Of a stretch of DNA of 64,000 nucleotides, positions 51,486 to 62,200 are shown piece after piece. The stretch is taken from assembly GCA_043228905.1 (NCBI GenBank), contig JBHGNT010000013.1, positions 4,774,001 through 4,838,000 on the forward strand, given 5' to 3'. The notes under the pieces are model-generated. The model worked only from the letters and a program-made list of their open reading frames with translations. It was not told where the DNA came from and ran no database searches. The position numbers and the translations under genes were made by a program. This DNA is from Azolla caroliniana (lineage: Eukaryota; Plantae; Polypodiophyta). Position 1 is the first letter of the stretch. Each line of letters starts with the position of its first letter.

Positions 51486-52169
51486 TGATGAGCTGCAGGA
51501 AAAGACTGCGGAATGTGAGAACGGGCCACAGCAAGATCAAGATGCAGAAAGCGGCAGTAGGAGGAATAGTGATCCCCAAGAATATGCTTGAAGCTTGATA
51601 TGACCATGCCTTGAGCTTCCCCTTTGGCAATCACCTCTGCAAAGTTACGTTAGAGAGCAAAAACTTCTTCCTGCTTCTTCTACTTCTCCGAGGGTCTAGG
51701 TTTTCCATCCCATAGAAAAAACAAAACGATGAGTGAGGGGAGAGACACACACACAACACAGAGATGCAAAGAGAGAGAGAGAGAGACTTCTCCTCAAGGG
51801 GGTCGGCCGTTCGGGCGTGCCAAAAAGTGTTGTTGGGGTGGGGGGTGAAGCCTAGAATGATTTCAGCCCCCCCCCCCCCCCCCCCCCCAAGGGGAGTTAC
51901 ATTAGAGAGAGAGAATGAAAGTGAGAATATGAAAATGACACAAAAATGAGTGGGAAAAGCTAGATCTGCATTATGTGGGCCATAAGGGGTTTTTATAGTA
52001 CATAATGTAACGGTTACTAATATGATCGTTACAAAAAGAAGATCGTTACATTCTTGTCAGATGCACATACTTGTGCATGTACTCACACATACTCATACTC
52101 ACGCACTCATATACATTAAACACCTTAGACCATACACATTACACCTTATCCCTCTCGTACACCTATACA
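51486..52169 (-). mobile_element. LTR-like sequence (TGTATAGG...CATCA on the minus strand)
   Basis: TG..CA ends, minus-strand TATAAAAA near 51995, CT-rich R region; no matching TSD. Confidence 0.5.
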
Positions 52170-52174
52170 AATAA

Positions 52175-52628
52175 TACCGGATGGATCTGCTATGAACCGG
52201 ATGCAGGGACATATATATAAATATGTTTTTGATGTGCCTATCATGACTATATTTGTAAATAGCCCTAAACTCATATGAGTATAAATATAACTTAGGGCAA
52301 TCACTTTAGGTGTTGTAATTGTAGTTGTTATAATTATCGGTGTACAGAGATAGAGAGACAGAGCGAGAGAGAGAAACAGAACTTGTTTCTGTTGTAACTG
52401 CCGGTTGGCGAAGACATAGACCTCGAGGTTGTTGCATCAGAGTCTCGCATTGTATTCTTTATCATATAGTGATAGTTGAAGTCTGTGGGCTCCTGTCGTT
52501 TTTTTCCAATTAGGGTTTTCCACGTCAACATATTGTGTTGTCTTACTTCTTGTTTCTATTTGTTGTCTTCTTCCATTCAATGATTAAGACTCAGTTGTGG
52601 CCGAGCGCTATTCCGCACACATGTGTCA
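52175..52628 (+). mobile_element. Truncated LTR related to the copia I/K family
   Basis: Reverse-complement similarity to 24550-25020 (TATAAATA.AACTTAGGGCAA; TTGTGGCCGAGCG); ends TGTCA. Confidence 0.75.
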
Positions 52629-55600
52629 ATGTCATCAGCAAGGCCACATGCCATGACCTCGATACCACCCAATGGGAACGATGCCTGTTTTGGCTCTGGA
52701 TGGCGGATACCCGGTCTATCAAACCAATGGGTTTAATTCGTTACATCAACTTTACTCTGGGGGGGCACACCTTCACGATTTCGGCGGTAGTGTTACGCCT
52801 TGATGCTCTTGGTGCCTAATCGATGTTGTTTGGTCACCCGTGGTTGCGCACAACAAACATCAAGCATCACTGGCCGCGAAATATGATCTCGTTCTGGCGT
52901 AGGAAAACCAAGGTTCGCGTCGTCACGGAGCATCAGATCTCTACCCCACAAGACACCACTCCATTATATGCGGAAGGTGTCCACATGTTTGATGGACTCG
53001 CCGACGAGGAAGTTGACCACTTCCTCGAGGAACACCCGACGATTGTCCCCCTATTTAAAATCGATGTCCTCACAGCCGTTAGACCTTATGTTTCCGAACC
53101 GGCCACCGAAGAGAAAGATGTCCACCGTGAACCTGATCCGAAGTTCATCGAAGAATTATGGCATCTTCGCCAAGCGATCAAACGAGAACTTGCTATCTCG
53201 CAACGGGTGAAGGCATCCACAGTAGAGGAGATCAATCTCGGCACTACCACGAATCCATGAACCCTGAAAATCGCAAAGGAATTGGCTCCTGAAGATCGCT
53301 CAACATTGGTTGGGTTGCTCGCGGAATACCAGGATGTTTTCGTAAGGTCATACAGTGACATGAAGGGGTTAGATCCACCATACTATCAGCACCAGATTCA
53401 TATGAAGCAGGATGCACGTATTGTACAACAACGCCGTTACAGAATGAATCCCAACTATGTTGCCAAAGTAAAGGAGGAAATCGACAAACCTCTCCGAGTG
53501 GGGTTCATCCGGCCAGTCAAGACGGTAACATGGTTAAGCCCTATTGTTGACGTCCTGAAGAAAAATGGCCAAATACAGGTTTGTGTCAACTATCGCAAGT
53601 TGAATGCAACAACCATCACGGATGCATTTCCTCTTCCATTTAAGGATGGAGTGCTCGACGCGGTGGTAGGGCACGAATGCTATAGTTTTTTCGATGGATT
53701 TAGCTAATATAATAAGATCCACATGCACCCCGAAGACCAAGAAAAGACTGCATTTCTGGCCGAATGGGGTGTTTTTATAGCACTCATCATGATGTTTGGA
53801 TTAAAGACGGCACTAGCCACCTTCCAACGAATTATTGCTGAAATTTTCAACGATTACGTCCCGGCCTTCATACAAGTATTTCTCGATGATTTTGTTATGC
53901 ATTTTACGTGTCGAGTAGCACTCTGCTCAGACACATTGTTAGCAGCGAAGGGATCACTATGGACCCCGACAAGGTTCAAGCCATCTTGAATGTCCCGGCC
54001 CTGAACACGGCAAAAGCCCTCATCCGGTTTTTGGGGCAAATCAGGATGCATAGTCGAATGTTGCGCTACCTTGCCGAATTCGTGACACCATTACACACGG
54101 CATTAAATCGGGTCACGTTTCAATGTTCAACAAAGGGAGAAGACGTTTATAGGTCCCTAAAGGTGATACTATTGCACGCACCAGTGGTGAAACCTCCTAA
54201 CTGGTCACAACCTTTTCATGTTTTCGTCGACGCGTCGGACGTGGCCATCGGAAGCGCTCTCATGCAATGAACACCTCCAAACTGGTATCGACCAATATAC
54301 TATGCTAGCAGACGACTCTTGACGACCGAAACGAATTATTCGACAACGGAACGTGAAGGACTCGGCATGATATACACAATATAACAAATTTTCGGCACTA
54401 TTTGCTCGACCAAAAATTTACACTCCATGTCGATCACTCGGCCTTATTGTATTTAGCCCACAAGCAAGCACTAACTGGCCGATTGGCACGATGCATGTTA
54501 CTTCTCCACGAATTCGAATTCGACATACACCATTGGCCAGGGGTACAACACGCGGTTGCAGACTATCTGAGTCAGCTCGAATTGGGGGAACCAGCCGAAA
54601 CCGTATATGATGATTTGCTCGACACCAACATTTTCTCTATGGACCCTATGACACCACATACCGAAATCGAGGATGAATGGATAAATGACACATTTCACTT
54701 CCTTAGCACAGGACTTCCATTAGACCATTTGCCCCTAGATGCGAAGCAGTGGTTAGTAGTCCGCAGCCGGAATTTTTGCATGTTCGTCGATACGCTCTAC
54801 CACAAGGGCTCGAACAGCATTTGGTGGCGCACGGTGTGGCAGTTCGAAAAAGATGCTATCCTACGAGAAGCACATTACGGGATAGCTGGGGGACACTATG
54901 TCGGAGATGCCACGGTTCAAAAAATTTGGTAGAGTAGGTTATGGTGGCCCACCTCGAAAAAAAATGCCCACAAATTTTGTAAGCAATGTGATTTATGCCA
55001 TCAGATGGGCCAGCCCACAGAGCAAGCCTGAATGCCGCACCAACTGGTTCTTCCATTATGACCTTTCCAAAAGTGGGGTTTGGATTTCATCGGCCCATTC
55101 CAACCGGTTCCGACTCGAACCGGAAATAAATATATCATTGTGGCAACCGATTATTGCACAAAATGGATCGAAGTGAAGGCACTTCGCGACAACACGACCA
55201 TATCTATGGCCAAATTCGTTTATGAATATCTATGGTGTCGATTTGGCTGCCCAATCGAGCTCTTCAACGACCAAGGAGATCATTTTCTCAATCGACTCAT
55301 TCACGATCTCACCACCCACTATGCGGTAGTGCAGAAGAAAAGCATGTTGTATTATCCTCAAGCCAACAGCTTGCAAAGTCAAAAAATAAGATACTGCAAA
55401 ACATCCTCAAGAAAATCGAACCGATTGGGATGGCAATCTCCACATTGCACTCTGGGCATATCGAACGATGTTCAAAACCAGTATCAAATCCACCCCTTTT
55501 CGCCTGGCTTACGGTTTGGAGGCAGTAATGCCTATTGAATTCCCGGTACCAACTTTACGAGTCCAGATCACTACACGACTTTCGAAGTCCAAGTCAGAGC

Positions 55601-55745
55601 AAAAACGACTCGAGCAATTACTCGAACTCGTCGAACATCAGAGCACCAGTCTGGACCGATTAGAACATGATCAACGGCAACGGAAAGCCTTCGCCGATTG
55701 CCATCTGAGAGGCTCAGAGAAATCATTCGAAATAGACACACCAAC
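52629..55745 (+). pseudogene. pol: Degenerate non-chromoviral gypsy pol (PR-RT-RH-IN)
   Basis: YRMNPNY; VCVNYRKLN; FVDASDVAIG; YASRRL; LDFIGPF; ATDYCTKWIEV. Confidence 0.88.
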
Positions 55746-57383
55746 TGTCATGATATGGCAAGACTCGAACCCATGACCTTAGGTTATATGGGTCGAGCTC
55801 TTAACCATTATATCATCTATTGTAATACGTAAGATATTATTTTCATTTACATTTTATTATAGGAAATTAATGTATATTCCAGATTTCTCTGGAACATTCT
55901 AGAAGCTTCAGGATTACTCCTAAGAACACTATAAAAGAGGGCACTAGGCATTATGTTGAACCAAATTGGTTCAACGCCAATCTTTAGCCTCATAGACCTT
56001 TCGTACTTACTCTTCTTATAATATATAATCTGTTATCATCATCTCTCTCTCTCTCTCCTCTTCTCTCTTCCTCTCTCAGGAGTCTTACGCAGTCTCGTCC
56101 TCTTAGTACTAATAGTACCTCCCTTCTCTAGTACTAATTCTCTCTCTATTTAGTACTAATCCTCTCTCTGTTGAGTACTATTGCTAAGAGTTTGAACCAA
56201 TTTTCGTTCTGTCTTTCTCCCTTCATACTAATCTCTTATTCCTCTTTTCTTTTCATCCCATGGCCACTATTAGCGCTCAGGAATATCAATCTGTTTTCTC
56301 AGAGTTTCAATGCTTGAAAGAGAAGTTCCTTGCTTTGGAACAAGAAAATCAACACTTGTTGGGGGATCTTCAACAAATCTCCTTAGAAAAGCAACAAACA
56401 CAACAAGAACATGGGGAACTTGCATTATGCGTGCAACAACTCGAAGCAACCATCGTAGCGATGCAATAACAAGGCCCCGGAACACAAGGGATTCATAAGG
56501 AACCCAAGATTGGCCTTCCCACAAAGTTCGATGGAACACGATCACAGTTTAGAGGGTTCCTTAATCAAGTACGATTAGTTATTCAAATGCATCCTTCCCG
56601 ATATCCTACCGATGCATCACGAGTGGGTTTAGTAGGGACGTTGTTAAGTGGCTCAGCGTTGGCATGGTTCGCTCCACTGTTGGAAAAGGAGTCTCCATTA
56701 CTCAACAACTTTGAAGAGTTTCGAGGTGAGTTTAAAGCATTCTTTGGAGATACTGACAGCATAAGGACCGCAATCAACAAAATCCGGCGATTACGCCAAG
56801 GAGACCATCCAGCCTCCGCATACGCTGCAGATTTCCACCTACTCGCCGCTGACATCCCTTGGGATTATCAAGCGTTGATGGAGAAATTTCGTTATGGTTT
56901 ACGCAACGATTTCAAGGATTTACTCTTGACCTTCCCTTAAGAGCCAAAGTCCTTAACAAAAGCAACCAGTCGCGCGGTGAGATGTGACAACCGCCTCTTT
57001 GAGCGACGTTCGGAACGATAGCTACAAATGCCGAGGGCAAGATCAGAGCCCACCTACGCCTCAATGGTAGCATAACCTTTACCGAGGGAGTCCTATAATG
57101 TGCCTTTAGTGAATACTCGAACTCTGATGGAGATTTACACTACACGTCGTCGAGGGCCATTATCCGAGGAAGAAAAGCAGCGACGCCGAACAAATCGACT
57201 ATGTCTCTACTACAGTGGACCAAGACACATTGCAATAAATTGTCCCCATAGGCCAAGAAGACAGGTAAACCAAATAGTTGCTAGTTCTAATTGTACTAAA
57301 CCCGAGCCTATTACAGTAGGGATATCTGATAGTACTAATAGTACTAATAGCCTAAATCTAGCGAACAAATTTGATGTCCTTAG
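55746..57383 (+). mobile_element. gag: Tcn1/sushi-like gypsy: 5' LTR 55746-~56181 and gag 56260-57383, interrupted by copia K
   Basis: TGTCATGA start, TATA at 55930; gag EPKIGLPTKFDGTRSQFRGFLNQ...LLSGSALAWF...LRQG...CLYYSGPRHIAINC. Confidence 0.85.
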
Positions 57384-59228
57384 TGACAGGAACTACATGC
57401 TCCTTATGCGCAACGCTCGGCCACAACCAAGCTTAGAATCAAACTCAGAAAACGGGTAATGAATGCACGACATAGTGAAGAGAAGAGAACACAAGATGTT
57501 ATTGTGGAAAACCCAAACTGGGGAAAAAACCATGGCAGCCCACAGACTGCAAACTATCACTATATCAGAATGTACAATAGTAAAGCACCGAGGCAACGAC
57601 CTCGAGCTTGCTATCTTCGCCACAGGCAGCAGTTACAACAGAGGCAACGACCTCTTCCTCTCTCTCACACTCTCTGTACACTATTGCGCTCTTATCTTGC
57701 GCCAACAAGAATGAAAACAACATTACACTAAGTTTGCCCTAAGTCATATTTATACTAATATGACTTTTCGGCTATCTACAAATATAGCCCCGATGGACTC
57801 TCAGAAACATATTTACGAATATGTCCCTTCATCCGGTGAGCTCTCCTCACCGGGCCTGCATCATCCGGCGCTTGCCGGGTACTCCTCATCCGGTTTAGGG
57901 TTTAGGGTCTTTCGTTTTCGGGTACTCCTCTTCCGGTTCTCACCGGGTCTTCCGTTTCCAGGTACTCCTCATCCGGTTCTCACCGGGTCTTGCGTTTCCG
58001 GGTACTCCTCATACGGTTATCAACAGGTCTTCTGTTGTCAGGTACTCCTTATCCGGTTCTCACCGGGTCATCCCATCCGGAGGGACCTGTTTCCTAACAA
58101 ACTCCCCCTTCACTCCGGCATGGGATGTCTTACTAGTCTAATCCGCTTCCGGCATGCTTCCAGCTTGTCGGGTATCATTACTTTGGTCAGCATATCTGAC
58201 CTGTTCTCGGCCATGTGGATCTTCGTCAGCGCGAACTCCTGGTCATCTACTCTTTCCCAGATCTAGTGATACCTTCGCTGGATATGCTTCGTCCAGGAAT
58301 GGTAGGCCACATTCTTAGCAAGGTGGATGGCACTTTGACTATCGCAATAGAGCCGGTATTCATCTTACCGGATATCGAGCTCTCCGATGAAGTCCTTCAT
58401 CCATAATATTTCCTTGCCGGCTTCCACAGCCGCCATATACTCTGCCTCCGTGGTTGACAACGCAACCGTCTTCTGCAGCCTCGACTGCCACGAAACATGT
58501 CCCCATGCATATGTCATTACATACTCGGATGTAGACTGATTGGTATCCACATCGGCCGACATGTCCGAATCAGTAAAACCGTCAAGTTGAGGTTTTTCCG
58601 GAGCCGAATCGGAGACACATATTCGAAGTGCCCTTCAAGTACCAGAGTATCCATTTGACCGCGTTCTAGTGCTCCTTGCCGGGATTGCTCATAAACCGGC
58701 TCACCACTCTGACTGCGTATCCTATATCCGGTCGGGTACACACCATTGTGTACATTAAGCTCTCGACGGCAGAGGCATATGGAACCTTCATCATATCAGC
58801 CTTCTCTGCTTTCGTCTTTTGGCTTTGCTTACCGGATAATCTACAGTTTGCCGGGAGTGTCGATCCGACCGGTTTCGCTTCCAACATGTTGAACCACTGA
58901 AGCACCTTTGTCACGTACTTCTCCTGTGACAGCCACAATTGCTTCATTGACCGGTTCCAGATGATATGCATCCCCAGCATCTGTCTTGCCGAACCCAAGA
59001 CTTTTATTGAGAAGGTCTCGTTGAGGGCCTTCTTCAGCATCTGTATTTTGGCTTGGTCTCATTCGACGATCAACATGTCGTCCATGTACAGAAGGAGTAT
59101 CAGGAAGTCGCCTCCTTCGAACTTCTTCGCAAACACGCAGTGATCGGCCTGCGTTTTGTGGTAACCTTGATCAGTCATGAAGGAGTCGAACTTCCGGTAC
59201 CATTGCCGGGGGGCCTGCTTCAACCCGT
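57384..59228 (-). mobile_element. pol: Ty1/copia K (same family as I): 3' LTR 57384-58099, RNaseH and part of RT, interrupted by gypsy L
   Basis: Highly similar to 24550-25719 and 32695-33320. Confidence 0.92.
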
Positions 59229-62200
59229 TGTCGTGAAGATCCGTCACTACGCGCGGATCGTGAGGCGGAACTGCCGGGGTTCTGGACCAGAAGGATTTAG
59301 AGTCGTTTGGCAAGAAAGTACTTAAGAAAGATTGGGAAAGAGAGAAGATGAGATTACATGATTGCTTTGATAACGAATTTCTCCTTCTTAATTTTCATAA
59401 AAAAAAACCCGTGTTTTTCTCCTCCCCCTTCCCTCTTTTATAGATGCTCTCATGCATATGATGCATGTGAGGGTACAAGACATGCATAAATTGCATGTTT
59501 GCCATTTGGCGCTTAAGTATTACATGTGGTGCATGCTAACCATGTCACTCATTTTAGCACTCATGGATGAGAATTTACATGTAAAAGTACAATGATAGAA
59601 ATATAATTTCAACTAAATATTATGGCTTAATGGTAAGCCATTTGACTCCTAACTTGGAGGTGCAAGGTTCGAATCCATACTTGCCCTCCTTGTATATGTA
59701 TATATTTTTATATATTTATTTTATCTAGTCGTCGGTTCGCCGGATACCGTCGCCGGATGCCGCCGTCGGATACCGGTGCCGCCGCCGCCGCCGACGCCGG
59801 ATACCGGTGCCGAATACCGACGCCGGGTACCGGTGCCGCATGCCGTCGGATCACCGGCTCCATCGCCGGTCCGGTTTTGGTTAGCCAAAACCCTTTACGA
59901 GTAGCTAGCCACCTCCACTCTAAGTTCAAGTTACCTTGAACTCTCTATGCTCCACACATAGACACAAAGATAATATCTTTTGCTCCTCCTTATATATGAT
60001 GAGAGCCGTATTTGTCGTGCCTATGTGGGATATCTCACAATTTTCTCTTTTCTTTTCACAAACTTTATACCCTCATATCTTGACATTTAGTTGTCCATTT
60101 CTCGTGTAATAAAGTGCATTCGAAACCTCCATCATTTTGTACTTAGATATTAAAAATGTTATCTTCACAATTATTGTATTACATGATTCATACTCGATTT
60201 TGTACGTTTTATGGGATTTTCACACTATTGCCGAAAATCTTCACGACATCCACCCCCACCAAACCGCACGTCCTCCGGTACGTGCCAAGAAGAGAAGAAG
60301 TGAGATTTCGGCTACGATGATCAATTAGATTCCTCCATGTCTTCATTTTCATCCGGCCTATTATGTTCATCGTCGAGGTAATCGAGGTCAGGATCCTTGT
60401 CTTGTCTTTTCTTGAAAAGCTTTACTCTTTTTCCCGCAATGGGTACGGCCAACCTTGATCCGTCTAGTTCCGCAAGGTGGTATGTGGCATTATCGTTGGC
60501 ACTTGTCACCACATACGGCCCGAACCATCTTCTTGCGAACTTCCTTGTTGTACTATGTTGATTGTCAAGGGTGCTGTCGTAAACTAAAACCCAATCCCCT
60601 TCTTCAATCTTCTTGGGACGAAGTCGATGCGTGTTGTCGAACCGAACTTTGTTCTTTACTCGGGCTGCCTTCATCATCTTTCGCGCTTTTTCTAAATCTT
60701 CAGGTCTTCTTTCAAGTTGCCTTATCCGCGCTGCTAATAACTCTTCTCGGCTCATCTCGTTCCCCCACGGTATCGCTACCCATGAGGCGATCGTCCTTTC
60801 GATGGGCATAATCGGCTTTTGTCCATACATAAGCTCTGTCGGCATATACCCTGTCACCGAGCTATGTGTCATTCTATCGGCCCACAAGGCATAGGGTAAT
60901 AGTCGTGGCCAATTCCCGACTCGACCGTTGCATGCCCGTACGATGGCTTTAACGATAGGTCCATGCCCTCGCTCGATCTTCCCATTTGCTTCCGGATTGT
61001 AGGCAGTCGTGAGGGAGAGCTTCACGCCTAGTCTTTCGAAGAGCTCCGTCGCTTCGTGCGCGTCCAACTCCCCTCGGTCGGCCACTATCTTCCCTACACA
61101 TCCATATCGGCAAACAACATCTTCAAGTAGAAATTTGCAAACGGCTGAAGTCGTCTTATTTGTCAAGGCTCGTCCTTCCACTTGATTTGTCAAGTCTTCC
61201 CTTGCGAGCGCTAAGTACTTCATTTGTCCCACTCCCATTGGCATCGAGACCAGATCCACCATCCATTTGAAGTGAATGGTGAGTGGGTATGTCGGCTTTA
61301 ACTCATCACGATGACATATATTTGAATATATTTGGCAAGTTTCCCATGTGGACACGAAATGGAGTACATCTTTGTACATGCTTGGCCACCAATACTTCTC
61401 CTTCAATTTTTCGAACGTCGCCCATGTTCCTCTATGACCTGCCCAAGCACTCTCGTGGAATTCGGTCATCAGCGTCTCTTGCTCTTCTTTCTTTACCACC
61501 ACTCGACGTGGTATTCCTGTCCTTCTTTTTGGATGTCGCCAAAGGAATCCTCCCTTCAAGAAGTATCGATAAGCTTTCTTCCGGATTCGTAGGGCCTCCT
61601 CCTTTGTCAACGAAGCATCGGTCGTCAATGTTCTTAGGAATCTGCCGATGAGTAACCATTCTCCTTCGTACTCGTTCTCGTTGAAGGCGTGGAGGGTTTG
61701 CGTGTCCTGGTCTTCCGCCGACAATCGAGCCATCTTGAAGAAGTCGAGGGCGACATCTTCATCTTCCGAAACCATGTTACTTCCATTTGAAAATCTTGCC
61801 CTTGACAGCATGTCAGCCATGGCGTTCTTCTTCCCTGCGATGTGACGGATCTCTGGGTTTAAAGACTTGATGTAGGCGATCCACCTTAGCATAGCAAGAT
61901 CTGGGGTCGCACATCCCGAGACCATTCCGAGAATTGGGAGACAATCTGTCTCTATTATCACTTCTGACCCGATCACGTAATCTTTGTCCGTCTTCACTGC
62001 CGACACAATACCCCAAAGTTCCCGCTTGACTTGGGCATATCTTTGTTGCCGTTCGCTGAGAACCTTTGCTCCGAACCGGACGGCATATCGCGCATTATCT
62101 TCACCTTCTTGATTGATGACCCACCCGATTCCGGTTGGGCTCCTATCTACGGTCACGTAAATTGGTTTCCCTTCAGCATAGTCGGCCTTCCTTAGTGCCG

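Noticed and set aside
51254-51598. Functional integrase-MDH fusion protein
   Set aside because: The ORF is a chance join of three fragments, and the upstream integrase is heavily disrupted
59620-59688. Functional tRNA gene
   Set aside because: The acceptor and anticodon stems do not pair properly; kept only as a tRNA-like module
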